The position numbers were made by a program, and so were the translations under genes. A DNA stretch of 64,000 nucleotides from Trichosphaerium sp. ATCC 40318 (taxonomy: Eukaryota; Protista; Tubulinea), in assembly GCA_038496445.1 (NCBI GenBank), contig JALMLS010000097.1, positions 157,762-221,761 of the forward strand, in the 5' to 3' direction. Positions within the stretch are counted from its first letter, which is position 1, and every line of letters begins with the position of its first letter. Shown in pieces: positions 1-14,346 of this stretch. The notes under the pieces were generated by a model that had not been told where the DNA came from, ran no database searches, and saw nothing but the letters and a program-made list of their open reading frames with translations.

Positions 1-73
1 GACCAGTTTGACAAAATTTGGTATTTATTTTACATGTTGCTGTATTTTTGAAAAAAACTCCTAGCGCTCACAC

Positions 74-3000
74 TCACTTGCTGTGTGTCCAAGTATGCGC
101 AAGCTGACTAGCCATCTCTGATACAAGAATAGCCTTGTCGTTTCCGAGAGAGTGGAAGACATGCTTTAACTTGTACATCTTGACTACATGCCTTGGATTG
201 TCCGCACACATGATCAAACAATTCAAAATCTTCAGTAAATTCACGCGAACCATGTTTGACGGGTGATCAAATCGCTTCAACACAAGCGGTATTATGCCTA
301 AAGCGGAAAGAAAATAAAGATTAGCAAATTTGTTTTACAACTAATTGAAGAAAAAAAAACGCACTCGAGAGCTCTCGTCCAATATCTGATGACACTGTGA
401 GCAGCTTGATAAACGATTCTACTAGATTAGAGAACACCTACAAATACTAGTTAGCGAGTGCATTTGAATATTTGAACAAAAAGCGGTTACCTCTGGAGTG
501 GCGTTGGCGAAGAGTGTTTTGAGCTCTTGTATGTTCTCTTTTCGTTCGAGGATGCCTGATACGTGATTCATATCGTCAGCCATCCAAGCTGACAAGGCGT
601 CCATGGCTTGTACTTGCCAAGGGAAACCCTGTCGGAACAAGGAAACGTAGAACTTTACACAGTTATTCCGCTTGAGCTCTGCTCTTATCTTCTTTGTGTG
701 CGCAAACTCGCACATGAGAGGAAGTGCGAACTGCTTCATGGTGCTATTTTCCTCTATGGCCTGCATCAAGTGTGGTATCACACCTAGCTTAGCAGCCTTC
801 TCTTGTCGCTCCTTGTTGATACGACAAAGGTTGTGTATGATGGCGAGTATCTGGTTCTGTACGTTGACCTTGTTTCGCTTTGGCGATTTCTTGCCCATAA
901 AGTTGATTAAAGACTTTATAGCGCCAGCCTTATGAAGCACAGCCAGAGCGTTCGATTCCATCGATAGATTCTTGAGACTCTTCAGGATGGTCAAAAACTG
1001 TGATGACTTTTTCAGTTTTGGAAGCAAAGTGAACAGTTCTACAAACATCACCGTCAGTATACCCAAATGCATTCGCACGGTTGCTACTCCACAAAAAGGG
1101 AAGATGAGAAAATACAACGTACGCTTTAATACATCTATGTCAATGAATGCTCGTTTGACCTTGGAATCAGACCTCGAGAAGTACAATAGAATATCTGCAA
1201 TCTTCCTGCAGTAGCTCTTGGCATTGTCTGCGCGTTCACCTATCATATTGTGCAAACACCTCACAAGCTGAGGAAGGAGTCCGTGATGGGAAAACAGTCT
1301 ACAAAAATCGTTCTTGGTAATGTGCGGCAGGTGGAACACCTTGTACACGCAGTGTATCACCTTTTGTAGTATATGTCTGCTTTCAGCGTATTCCTCATCC
1401 GGCCTGAAAACCACGTCAGAAACCACAAAAAAAACGAAAAAAAAATCAATTATTTGGTACGTACACTGCTAGTAGTGTAACGAGCACTGGAATGCCATTG
1501 GCAGCTATAAACATCTTTGTAGTTCGTGTAGTAGAGACGATTATTTTTATAAAGTTGGCAATCTCCAGCCTTATCTTGACCGAGTACCTCAGTCGGGCGT
1601 ACTGCATCACAGCGGGTATACCTCCAACAATAGCAAATGTATCTGCTATCGCCTTGTTACCAAGTATAAACTACAAGCGGCAATTAGCGAAATCATGTTT
1701 GGTAGGGCCACACAAGAGGCAAGCAATACCGTATTGACAGTTCTCAAAACGTATGGTATAGTTTCGAGATACTCTTTTGTCTCGTAGATCAAATCGTAGA
1801 TTGGCATGACACCGTGGTGCTGCATCAATTTTTCAGTTTGCTCAGGGAAAGATGTGAAGATTGCATTGAGCTCATCACACGCTTTTATAATCTGGTCATT
1901 GCTATATGACGTCGATGCTGTTTCTATCAACTGCAATACTTGCTCAGCAATCTCCTTGCCATTAGGCGCGTGGATATCACCTTCCATGTCTACCATAACC
2001 CAGTTATTACACAGGTTCGAATAAGGTCAAACTAGGTTGAGTCGTACCGAATGAATCGGACAAATCTTCGTCGAACAAATCATCAAAGGCTTCTTCCTCC
2101 TTTTCATCCCAAGCCTCAGTCATTTTGACTTCCAATTGATTTTGATCTAATCCGAACGACGTCTGGGAACTAACTTCACCAAAGTCATCCCAATCAGATG
2201 TGTCTTCATTCTCCGCAAACTGTTGTAGTTTCTCTACACAGAGTTAGACACAGTTCCGTAAAAAATAAACTGATAAAAAAAACAGTTCAAAAAAAAAGAG
2301 ATTTGTAAGTTTCAGTTATGGCCAATTGCCGTGCCTGGCAGATTCTGATCTATCATATCGCCAGCCAAGTTTTTATCATATGCAACTCGTCTAGGTGCAT
2401 CACCACCAAGGGTTTCATCATCTAAGATTATTGTGTAAGCAAACGTAAAATCCAAAATGTGGTTACACCAAAAACCCGCACCATTACCAAAATCCTCGTC
2501 CCAATCCTCTTCTTCGGTGTCTTCAGCGTATTTACTGAGAGATCCACCACCAACAGGAGAGCTGCTCCCTGTTACCAGAGAATTAACTCTAGTGTGATGA
2601 TGGACAGATCTAGACTCGCCTGACGTGTCAGTGCGTGACCTGAAGTGTCGCCGAGCTTTACCTACAGCCCTTCTAACAGATGGGCCATGCAAAATCAATG
2701 TCTTCCGCTTCTCCTTGCGCACTGCACAGACAATGATCAATTATTTGAATTAAACAATTGCAAAAAAATGGTACGCACCTTCGAGTTCTCTGTTAAACGC
2801 TTCTACATTCTTTTCGACTTGTTCATTGTTGGCTTTGATCGGCACTGTCTAAAAAACAAAAAAAAATACAATTTAAAACTATGGACAAAGCCATTTGGAA
2901 GGAGGGATAGATGGAGCAAAAGAATTGCTGGCAGATAACGTACCATATTAGAAACAATCCATTGATGTTTTAACAGCTGTACAGCACTTGGTCTGAGCAT

Positions 3001-4097
3001 CGCTTCCTTACGGAAGCAGCGTTGCAAGAAGCCTTTGAGCTTTGGTGTAATACCATCTGGCATAGGCGGTGAGTCGTCTTGTACTATACGGAACAAGGCA
3101 GCCATTGGTGACAACTCAAAGTAGGGAGGAGCTCCTGTGGTTAATTCTATGACAGTCGAGCCCACACTCCAAATATCAGAAGCAGGTGTTGCACCGTTCA
3201 ACTCCACAATTTCGGGAGCCACTATTCATTATTGTAAGAGCCGGATGCGTGATTACAAAAAGGCTAGAATTTGTACGCACTCCAGTAAGGCGATCCTCTA
3301 ATTTCATCAGCGTCATCCTTGGCAGTGGACGGATTGAACTTTGTAGCCACGCCAAAATCTGCGAGCTTGACTTTGGCACCTTTGGTACATAGAATATTGG
3401 CTCCCTTGATGTCACGATGGATAACACCTTGTTCGTGAAGGTATGCTAATCCCAACAATACCTGCGCAAGATGTAGGTACATAAATCCAAAGAATAGAGA
3501 GCGAGTACCTGTCGTATAAAATGGGCAATCAGACTCTCTGGCAATTTCCCTATTTTTTTGACCATGCCAGCAAGTGACCCTGCCTCCATATATCTAACCC
3601 AATGTCATTATTGATGGTTTTTATCATACAGTTTTACAAGTAGAAAAACAGTCGCTACGCACTCTAATACAATGTATAGGTATTCTGATGTCTTGTACGA
3701 TGCCAGGTATTGCACAATATTGTCATGATTCAAGTAGCGGAGCAGAGTTATCTCTTGCTGATGAAGAATTAACCACCAAATACGCGAACAAAAAGCGCTA
3801 CGCGTGCTCTGCGCTATGTGCTTACCATTATACTGGGCAATTCATCTTTGGGTATATTTTTAAGCTCAATTTGTTTTATGGCGACAACTATTCATATTAA
3901 CGCATGCTAGTGCATTTGACAGTGTACCTTGACCCATTGATCTCGGCGAGGTATCTATACCCCTCCTGACAACTCCAAAGCCACCTTTGCCGATGATATC
4001 ATCACCAATAAGCTATTTTCTATTTAGACAACAGACGTTACATTTAGATAATTACGTAGTGGTCCGATATGGACTCTTTCTTGCTTGGCTTTGCCAT
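74..4097 (-). CDS. sepA: SepA/Cdc7(S. pombe)/Cdc15-type STE kinase with C-terminal ARM repeats (multi-exon)
   Basis: Kinase motifs [37 protein letters not shown] and [19 protein letters not shown]. An acidic linker is followed by an ARM region ([36 protein letters not shown]) typical of this family. Confidence 0.85.
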
Positions 4098-4396
4098 AGC
4101 TGAATAGTTTACTGTGTGTAGACGCGCTTTGGCTTGCTTTTACTGAAAATGGTTTTTTAGAAATTTTTGAGGCTTTCCATAAGTCGCTATGCGTGCTTAA
4201 AAGATGAACGTTGGGCCAATCAAATGCGCACAAGTGTGCTACAGTGTAATGGTAGTGACAGAAAGTGCCAGACAAGAAAAAATATTTAATTGTCCATCGC
4301 TAATTTACATTCGCCAGTGAGGCCATATTATGGATGTATAGCAAGAAACAAAGAGTGTTGGCATATATAAAACCATTCCAATTTTGTGCTGTCAGT

Positions 4397-4930
4397 TTAT
4401 GCTTCAACTTCTTCAGCAACGGCTGGCGTGGCCTTTTCAGGTTCTGCAATTGGGTCTCCAACGTGTGTTTGTCTGAATTGCAATTTGTACAACAATTCTG
4501 GACCCCACAAGAGCGCGTTGCGTTTATCCGCTACCCAATCGGCTGGAACTTCGGTGTAACCCCATGGCTTACGTCCACCAAGTATTTCACCAACATAATA
4601 ACCAGCGTAGACAGCACCAAAGGTGGCTGGGACTCCTTAAACAATTTGTATTAGTGTGTGGTGGCGCTAATGAAATAATTTGCGCATAAAAACAGCGCCT
4701 TGTAACCTACCAGTGATCCATTCGTTAGCGCTGAGTTTCAGTGTAATTAGACGGCCGAAATCTGAGCTGAATGCACCTGTGAACCTGCCGGCTTTTAAAA
4801 ACTGGTATCCAATGTGCTGGAAAGTGAAATGCCAAAAGTAAGGGCTGGTTCCAGGCTTTACGTGAGCGAGGTCGATGAGTTGTCCTCTCTTGATTAAATT
4901 AGCACCGATATTTGCTAGCATGCGGGCCAT
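4397..4930 (-). CDS. Putative mitochondrial ATP synthase subunit g-like protein (2 exons)
   Basis: Spliced product contains FGAVYAGYYVGEILGGRKPWGY, resembling the subunit g signature FxxGExxGR...GY. It is divergent from the mitochondrial IDH gene. Confidence 0.55.
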
Positions 4931-5045
4931 AGCGAACTGTTTGTTTGGTTTGGTGGTTGGTTCTGTCTATTTTGTTTGACCAATTTTTTTTTTCGCTTGG
5001 ATTAATAGCATTTACAACCAGCTGAGCTCAAAATTGTCTCACAGA

Positions 5046-6839
5046 ATGCTGACCAAAGGCGCGCAAATGTTTAGCAGAAGGGTAGCTTGTGTGAATAAGA
5101 ACCAAATTTCTCGTTCTTCACTCCCTCGCACTTCCCAGACCATCAAAACACGCAACGTGCAAACCTGGTCTAATGTGGATACCAAAGTGGTGTGTTCCAA
5201 CCTTTTTGTTTAATTATTTATGCTTAAAACGCGTAGGTGACACTCTTGCCTGGCGACGGTGTTGGTCCAGAGATCACAGACGCTACAGTCGGTGTTATAC
5301 AGGCTGCTAAAGCACCTGTTGAATTTGAAAGGTTTGATTTGCGTGGTCCTTACGAACCTGAGAACATCAGTGAAACGTCAGAACTTATCTCAAGGTGCGA
5401 AGCGTAGTTCGTATTGCGCATTTTCTCAAAGTATACCATTCTAGCATTTCACGCAATGGCATTGCGCTAAAAGGACCACTTTTCACTCCAGTTGGCTCAA
5501 AGCGCTACACAAGAAACTTACAGCTTCGCCGTGTGTTTGAACTGTCAGCCATGCACGTACCTTGCTACTCCCTAGAAGGTGTCAAGACGCGCCACAATGA
5601 CGTAGATTTGGTACGTGTCTGAGTCTAAGCACTCCCTTGTGACAAAAAAGCAAACATCTAAATCAAGTACTCCAGGTTGTAATTAGAGAGAACACAGAAG
5701 GAGAATACTCAGGTTTGGAGCAAGAGGTACGATCAATTTGGTTACTGTACCCGTTTTTTCAAAAAATGAATTATTTTTTTCTGTTTTCTTTTTTTCCCTT
5801 TTGAGTTGACATCTTTTCTTTAGCTCGTACCTGGCGTAGTACAATCTCTTAAAGTGACCACTGAGAAAGCTTCATTGTCCATTGCGAAGAGAGCATTCGA
5901 CTATGCAGTTGAGAATGCCAGAAAGAAGGTCACAGCCATACACAAGGCCAATATCCAGTGCGTAATTTAACTGCTCATCTTGTCAATGTAACGGTTTTAT
6001 TTTAAAATAGAAAGGTTACAGATGGATTATTCCTTGAGTCTTGCAGGTACTTGAACATTTTATGTCGCTGTATATTTAATGTGGCTTTCGACCAATTTGG
6101 TCATAGTGTTATTATACGAATTGCTGTTTTACTAATAACTATTGTAGACTTGTTGCAGAGAAATACCCTAACATTGAGTACCAAGAGATGATTGTAGACA
6201 ACACTTGCATGCAGGTACGCGCTGACACGTGCACGCATATCCTCAATCAATCTACTTTTTGGTGTATTTTTATCGAGGGTCACTGTACCCCTTCTCCCTT
6301 CCACACAAACTGACAACGGATTGCACTAGTTGGTTATGAATCCTTCTCAATTTGATATAATGGTCACACCTAATCTTTACGGAACTATTGTCGGTACGTT
6401 TGCGCCCTATTGTGGCTGAGAAAGATGCGTGGGCCAATGTGCTAACAGGTCTTTCTACTTAGCCAACGTTGCTGCTGGATTAGTTGGAGGACCAGGTCTC
6501 ACACCAGGTGCCAATATCGGTGACAACGTCGCCATTTTCGAGCCAGGTTGCCGTCACGCTGGCATGGATATTAGAGTACGGTTTATTTTTTCCCCTTGCA
6601 ATCTGTCCCCTCTAACAGTGTTGTCTCTTTAGGGCAAAAATATTGCAAATCCAACCGCTATGATTCTATCAGGTGCTATGATGCTTCGTCACTTGGAATT
6701 GGATAGATACGCTGATATGATCGAGAACTCATTGAAACGTGTTCTTAAAGAAGACAACGTAAAGACCATGGACTTGGGTGGTACCGCCACTACTAAGGAA
6801 TTCACCAAAAGGGTGATTGAATCCCTTAACAGAAAGTAA
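5046..6839 (+). CDS. NAD-dependent isocitrate dehydrogenase, regulatory (non-catalytic) subunit, mitochondrial
   Basis: [39 protein letters not shown] (Thr where catalytic subunits have Asp), EPGCRH and ANPTAMILS. Arg-rich presequence; GT-AG introns resolve cleanly. Confidence 0.92.
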
Positions 6840-6993
6840 AACAAATTTTGAGAACAAAAAACCAAGCAAATAAAGTGAAGGCTTATGTAAAGAAAAAAAG
6901 AGTGTTGACTTTTTTCCCATAAATATTTGGCATTTTATTATTAGTACAACGAGAAATCTATCCACTAGTCACCTTGTCACGTGCGGTAGGTGT

Positions 6994-8651
6994 TTACACT
7001 GCCACATAACTGGCTGGTACCCATCCAATGCGGCCAGCTAAGAATTGATGAGTATTTACTTTTTTTTTTTGTATGGTTTGTTCTCCGTACAGCTATTTTG
7101 TCCTTCAAACCAACTGCCATCGCGACCAAGTATCACAATGCGTTCGCCTTTGAAACACGAGATTTCGAACTGGCTGCGCGCCTGGCAAAGGATTAGAAGA
7201 AGATTCAAAAAATGTGACAAATTCAAACTTTTACGCACATTAAACGTGTAGCTGGCGATGCCAACCTGATGTGATGTTGCTGCTGGGGCGCCACTGTTTG
7301 CTATAGACGCAGTGGCTTGCATCTCTTCGGACGATGATTCTTCTTCGGAACTGTCCTCTTCGCTGCTGCTCTCTTCGTCTGATTCGTCAGTTTCTGTTGT
7401 GTCTTCTCTGCTCGATTCCGAATCGATTGGTGAAGGCGACTTGTGCAGGTCTGTCGTAACTGTCTGCACGTATGCCCGAGGGATAAACCCTTTCTCATCA
7501 CCTAGTTGCACTTCCAACCAATCATCGCTTACAGTGTTGATCAAGGTCATAATATCGCCCTTGGAGAAAGATATCTCGCGTTCGTCACGTTTTTCAAAGT
7601 CATATCTGCCAAAAAATACGTTCAGTACAAAAATTGGATTGCTGCTCTACACTTACAGAGCGGTTACTTTTTCGGTGGATGTTGGTGTTGGCGCTGGTCC
7701 AAGTGTAGGAGTGGATTCTCCACGCCCACTATCGGTCCTTTTAAAGGCGGAGTCTCTGTCTTTGATTGGAGCGCGATTAATCATCTTCTTTTCCGGATCG
7801 CAAAGATCTGGTATTAATATCACGCATTGCTTATGTGCAGCGAACGAGCACGTTTTGCACTGGTAACCTTAGTAGTAGATCAGAGTTTTAAGGCTACTAG
7901 TTTGTTCTTGTGTTGTTTTCTGTTGTGATTGCGTACCTTGCTTTTGTGTTACGCCCCAGATAAACTTTGTACAGTGATTGCACCACGTTGGCCTTTATAC
8001 GATGAATATTAGTGGCCGGTACAAAAAATAGTGTTTGATGTAGCCTGTATGTACCTTCCAAAGTAAGTTAACGAGAACTTGTGCTCGCAATAGTTTGCGT
8101 TCCTAGCGTCTAATGTTAGAGGCTCGCTTTGAATAAGGGCGTATGTACTTGATGAGTGGTCGGCCAGCCTCTATTTATTAAGTGTTAATACTACACAGGC
8201 ATAGGAGTGGATTGGCGGTATTATGTTCGGCGTAAACAAAACCAAAAAGGGGGTACCTTTATTTAGTTTATCCGCGCTTTGTGTCATTGTTCGTATCCAT
8301 TCATCTGCGGATTCGGCGCTATCTAAAAAAAACGTGTTGTCATGAGCCACACAATCCCCGTTTGTATATTGCACGTGAGTAATGTACCTGCACGTAGTTG
8401 GAACGTTTTCCACGTGCGCTCGTCTGTCTTGTAGAAGGCTATGCATTGGCCATCTTTTTTGCCGACTTTTTTTGCATAACATAACGTTTTTAAGTCTACG
8501 CGTTCCACTTCCTATCGCTACGTTAATATTTTTTCGGTTTAGCTTTGTGTACCTTATGTGGTCCCCACTTTTTTTCGATTTTAGATTTCTGGGAGTATTT
8601 AGGGTTTTTGAGTGTAGGAGCTTATCATCGCACCTTTGGCGTAAATGTCAT
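6994..8651 (-). CDS. Signalling adaptor with PH-like, C1 zinc finger and two SH3 domains
   Basis: PH-like helix (ESADEWIRTM), C1 ([33 protein letters not shown]), SH3 (DWLEVQLGDEKGFIPRAYV), acidic linker and second SH3 (GSWFEG...GRIGWVPASYV). Confidence 0.8.
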
Positions 8652-9043
8652 GATGTAGAAACTAGTAACTTGCACCCAACGCTTCTTCCATGTACCGGAC
8701 GGTGCTAATACCTGTGCTAAACCTACATGCGCGTTATTTAGCCATCAAACGGTACTAAAAATTATGTAGCGTGTAATACTGTGCTAATTACGCGACATCG
8801 CACCTTCTTTAACGACGGACATGTTAGCGTTAACAAGGCAATGTGTGTAAAAATGGATTTGGGAAGAAATTGGAGGACGTTGTATTGCAACTTGAGCTCC
8901 GCAAACCCAAAACAGGCAAGAACTTACTACAAATTTACCGCTTGATACACAGGCTACTACAGTTTAATATTTGCACAACAATATAGTTTGTCCAATACTG
9001 GAATTACATTTTCTGTCAACATACATTCGGTACAAACCCTCCT

Positions 9044-9867
9044 TTAAAATCTTGACCTGTACGGTTTGAGACGTGGAATAAACATGCCTACTTCCTCTCT
9101 ATACATTTGAAAGATGGCACCTAAAACACGCTGTTACTACGTGCAAAAGGGAATGAGTGTCAAGAGGTTGTTTTTACTTGCCGTATTTGTTTATGCGAAC
9201 TGGATCTAGGATGAGCGACATGTACAAGAAACTCCCAACAAAGAATACCAGGCAGTAGTAGAACATTGTAGGCGAATTGATCAGCTGAGAACCTGCAAGT
9301 AGAGAAATCTCAAGTATCTTGTAAGCCGCCTTGGTGTGACTTGATTGTAATTGTGCGTACCCACAAGCCGCTTGTCAAGGGCGTTCGGATGTACTTGTGT
9401 ATCCCATGAATCGATAAAGGTTCTATTGCGGATTTTGGGAGTACAGGGAAGAGACCGTCAAAGCTATAAAAGTGGATGAGGGGATGTTGACACACGACAT
9501 ACAAAAAATGTTTACGTACGCAATCCCTAAACCGAATAGTAGACCGCCAATGCCCATTATACTCTTAAATAGACGTGAATAAACCGTTATAACGATAATG
9601 TAACCGAACCTGTACTGGACGCGTCAAAGTTGCGGCGACATCCAACCCAAAGAATTTACGTATGCCATACTCTAGGAAGGGCGTATCGAAGTCTTTTGTA
9701 ACAAGTATAATAAATGCAGGTACGCCTATCACGTTTACAACCTAGTAAATATCAAAATTGAGCGTGTGGGAGTATTGTACCATCCATAGTAAATGTTTTA
9801 AGGATAGCGAATTGCCAAACGGCTTTTTGTAGAGTTGGTCGCGTAAGCTTGGTTGATGGCTAGCCAT
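9044..9867 (-). CDS. ICMT/PEMT-family-like membrane protein (divergent)
   Basis: Hydrophobic exons; GIHKYIRTPLTSG resembles G.Y..VRHP.Y.G; C-terminal KYGAIFQMYREEVGMFIP resembles FG..Y..Y...V..FIP. Last intron uses a GC donor. Confidence 0.6.
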
Positions 9868-10011
9868 TGTGTTAGCGTTATTGATTGATGCCCACGTCGA
9901 ACAGAAAAATGACGAATTTGTTTGCGGCAAGTTTTTCACTAAAGAGAGAACCCTTGACTGTGACCCCACACTTATTCTTTGCGAACTTTTCTTGTTTTAC
10001 ATAGCAGCACC

Positions 10012-10697
10012 ATGGTGTGTATTATGCATTAATGAGTAAATACTGACAAATTGTAGTCTCAAGCGGATATACAAGATACACAGCCTGTTGGAGACGACGA
10101 TGAGCTTATGGGCGATATAAAAGAGGAGGAGGTCGATATGATAGACACTCAAATGAGTTTTGATGATGTGCGCGTCCCAAGCATACCATGAGAGTCACTA
10201 AGCGTATTATAGGACACCAACGCATTTGCGAGCGCCCCAGCAGAAGGTTTTGGTTCTAAATCTTTTTATAAACGCTAACGCCACTCTTAGCAATGTCAGA
10301 GGTTGTACCCTTCGAAGAGGATATTGAAGAAGACCACAAATCGGAAGTACGGATTGTGTATGCAACGTAACGGTCAACATTGACATTTTTAAACAAAAGC
10401 GTGTGACCACTCCATTCATGACAAAATACGAGAGAGCACGTATCCTTGGTGTGCGTGCAAAACAGATTAGCATGAACGCACCTATTCTTGTTGAGTTAAA
10501 GGGAGAAACAGATCCTCTAGAGATTGCCATGAAAGAGCTAAAGGAAAGTAAGATACCACTCATCATTCGCAGGTACATACATACACACGCCTTTTCTGTC
10601 TTTTTTGACCTCAACGTGGTCCTAACAAGCTTATTAAAGACGGTTACCTGATGGCAGCCACGAGGATTGGACCGTAGATGAGCTTATCATTCCTTGA
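10012..10697 (+). CDS. RPB6: RNA polymerase I/II/III shared subunit RPB6
   Basis: [28 protein letters not shown]...[31 protein letters not shown], with an acidic N-terminus. Confidence 0.97.
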
Positions 10698-10938
10698 TTC
10701 CGCTTTTTTTCGTTTATTGTATCCATAGCCAGCTCCCTCGATCAGTATAACTCTAGTCGTGGGATGAGACCCCAAAAAAAGAAGAAACGCCAACTTCTTA
10801 ACACTGCACAATCAACCATTTATGTGCCAGTAGTAGTGCGTTGGCGCTTTTCTTCTTTGTACCCCAAAAAATAAATTTTGCCATTGCTTAAATCACGTGA
10901 CCAAAAAACGTTTTTCTTTTAAAGTGTAAATAAAGACG

Positions 10939-13900
10939 ATGATAAGGAAACCTTCTTCCAAGACTCTTGCTCACTCTACCAGCATGAGGATTCGAAAACC
11001 GGCGTTAGGTAGGCTAGAAAACCGAATGGTGGCGTCGATGCGTTCGTTACCTAGGCACACTGGTAGCTCTGCTTCTTTTGAATTATTACCCGGACATGCG
11101 TATATTCGCCGCAGACTCTTGGATCCAAGCGCGTACCCCATCGTAGACGATAGGTGCTTACTATTCGTTACTTTTAACACTGGCTCTTAACGAATTACAA
11201 ACATCAATTTGGTTTTTGCTCTTGTTTTTAACTGCGATGGTTGCTAGCCTACTGTTTACAACAATCTATGCAGTGTAATTTGAAAAGCGTTGGCGCTAAT
11301 GCGAGCTTTCGTATTATTCATCTAAATGATGTTTGTAGTGAAGAAAACAGAGATGACGACCACGGAGAGGAAGCGGTAAAGTCTATATCCGCAGCATTGG
11401 CAAATGTAGATGCACGTGTATCTTCTATGGTAGAAATTATGGGCTCCTTCGACGCCAAGTTGATGAAGCTTCGTCAATTAACTGACAACAACATCAGCAA
11501 GTGGCAAATGATATATTCAAGCACGTACATGCGCTAGGATACACTTTGAGATAAGTTGAATTGACGAAGTTGTATGTAGACCTTGATAAGACGATTGATG
11601 GGATAGAGACCATACTAGACAAGTTTGATAGTATAAATGAAGGCCAACTCCTGCAAGAACCACTACTCCTTATGCCATCGCTAATATAGAGTACTCATTT
11701 AGGAATCAGTCTCCAGATGAGGTTGGGATACCAAGATACATTGCGATATTTGACAAGGTCGATAGCAGCATACAATTTTTCATGGATAAAAAAAACTTCA
11801 AGTCAGGGGACTTATACAGCAAACAACTGGGCAAGTTTCGTAAAGGTAACCATCTAAAAAATCACGTGTCACGTTTTTGTGGCGTCTGTTACAGTAGTCA
11901 TCGTCAGCATCATCAGCATCATCGTAACTTTACAACCGCTCTTTAAGCGTGCCACGTGATTATTTCGTTTTTAAGACATACTAACTGGTGTAGCCGGATT
12001 AAGAGGAATGGTATGAACGCTTGTGGACTAAATATAGCCTGAGTCAAGCTTATACAAACATTTTTGGCGTTGACAAGGATATGACTGAGTGTAGGTAAAA
12101 GCCTTCAAGTCGCGGTTGTCTGCGTGTTCAACACCGATATACTTCGAGTCGAGGATTACCAAAGAACTCAAGAGACAGAGAACAGGTTGGTTAACGCACT
12201 TGTCGTTTATTCTATCCCATAGTTGCAAATTACTAACCCCACCGCCTTTTCAACATAGATATTCGTACTGTGCTTCGAGACAATGATTTCTCCATCTCAT
12301 TATGTGAACCCAACGCACAGGAAGAGATGCAAATGTTGGCCGCAAAGCTCCACAGCCTGGAGTTGGGAAAGCCCCAATCCACCAATGCGGTCTTCCCTCA
12401 ATTGTTATCGCATTATGTAGAAAAGAGGTAACCTGCCACTAGGCATGCCATGCCGTATTACTAGTCGCACCGTTCACACTTGTTAGGAGCTCGTTCTTAT
12501 TGCTCAGCTTAAACAGGTCCGACATGGACTCTTTTACAACCCAATACTGTCAGTAGCTTGCTGACTCGGTATTGTGATTAGATCCAGTAGCTTCAGTCCA
12601 GCTCAACAATTCAAGATTCCAAGTTTTTCAGACACAGAACATGTCCTCCAACACTACATTGTCTTATTGAAGGTAAATAACAGTTGCTTGTCGCTACTGG
12701 TTGAAATAAGCGTCTAACAGTGTACCGGCTTAGAGTGAATATGTTTTTGCTACGGACACATTACCAGCATCAGCCGTACGGGAAGTTTGGGATGATGTTG
12801 TCAAGGACAGCCAGGAGAGGGTGGATGCACGATTGATAGACATTGTAAGTTACGCCAGCCATCAGCATGTTTCTATACACCCCTCTTTGACTGGCATGCA
12901 AAGGTAAAAGCTCTTGAAAACAGTACCAATAGAGAAACTTCTGTCTTTACGTTGTTGGAGATATGGCAGTTCTTCTACGATCACCTGGACCTCTTCCACA
13001 AGATACTCGCGGTACGCATACAACAATAGCAATCATTTTTGTGGCAAACCAGCGCCCTGAGGACTGACACTGGAGAAAAGGTAAATCCAGATAGCACCAG
13101 AGCTTTTCAAGGCGTGTCTGGGCTGTGGAAATGTATTGATGCGACTGCTAGGTAAGTTTTTTTGAACCGTAACGGGATGCGCTTTGAGCTCAATCGTTTG
13201 CATCTAGGTTCAATTGCTTTAATCAAGAAGAAAAGTACGTTCGCACATCACCTGAGCAGCTTCCTCTTGATGGCACCGTCCTCCAACTTACAGCCAAGGT
13301 GAGGATTAGTACTACTAAGCCTATAATTTATTACTGACTTGTTTGGTAGACGCTGAACTACCTGCTGTCCCTCCTCAAGTTTTTACCAACAGTCGAATTG
13401 GTTTTGAGTCCTGAACACGAGCCATTGATGAAGCTTATTTCGCCACCTAAGCCAGATCCTAACGTAACGTTAAAGCCGTTTATAAGTGAGTGTGCACACC
13501 TTTTTTTATTTCAAAAAATAGTTGGCTTAGAACTAACGTGGATTCAAAAGTGCGCATGCTAGAAGCGCTTGACAGCACGCTGTTGTTTAAAGCGGAGGGC
13601 GCATCTAAAAAGGACGCTGCGTTGGCGACGATATTCCTTTTAAACAACTACCACTTCATTTACAGCACGCTCAAGGACTCTCCGCTTGCACGGTTTACAC
13701 AAGAACAGATTGGTGGATACCAAAAGCGCGTTGAGCACCAGAAAGATGACTACATGACCAGGTACGCAACTTGTCATGCAAGTCACTTCTTCTCACTGTT
13801 TTCTATGTTGTAGTTGGAGCACAACATTGAAGTACCTCTCTGAAGAGCTTAACTTTGGAACCAAAAAGCGAGACTTGCTCAAGTCAGTCGTGTCAAAAAA

Positions 13901-14346
13901 CAAGATAGAACTCAAGATAAAGGCGGGATTTAATGGATTTAATCAAAATCTCGAAAAGGTTCATTAGTGTTTACATCGCCAACAGCTGACGGCCTTTCTT
14001 AGATATACGCGACCCAACAGCACTTTCTAATACCTAATAAGGAATTGCGACGAACAATGCAGTCACTCCTTAAAGCAGAAGTGATCAAACAGTACACTGC
14101 TTTTCTAGCAAGGTAAATAGACCCAAGGGTGGATAATTACATTTTTTTTGAAATTGAAAAATTGAGCATTTGTCTGGCTGACAACAACTCTTTTCTAGGT
14201 TCTCGCAGGTACACTTTACGGATAACTCCTCCAAGTATATTAGATACAACCCAGAGACGATCAGTAGCATGTTTGATAACTTTTTCACCGGGCTGTACAA
14301 GGAAAATAGATCCAAAAAGTTTTCATTGTCCAATAAGACACGTTAA
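10939..14346 (+). CDS. EXO70: Exocyst subunit Exo70 (start uncertain)
   Basis: LPLDGTVLQLT, ALATIFLLNNYHFI, IKAGFNGFNQNLEKIYATQQHFLIPNKELR and HFTDNSSKYIRY. Confidence 0.88.

Noticed and set aside
672-2024. Antisense ORFs over sepA (likewise over PEX6, ValRS and CNOT1)
   Set aside because: They are shadow frames of real coding exons.
8690-8945. Possible small two-exon ORF on + (MYRTVLIP...)
   Set aside because: About 60 aa with no recognisable motif; cannot be supported without expression data.
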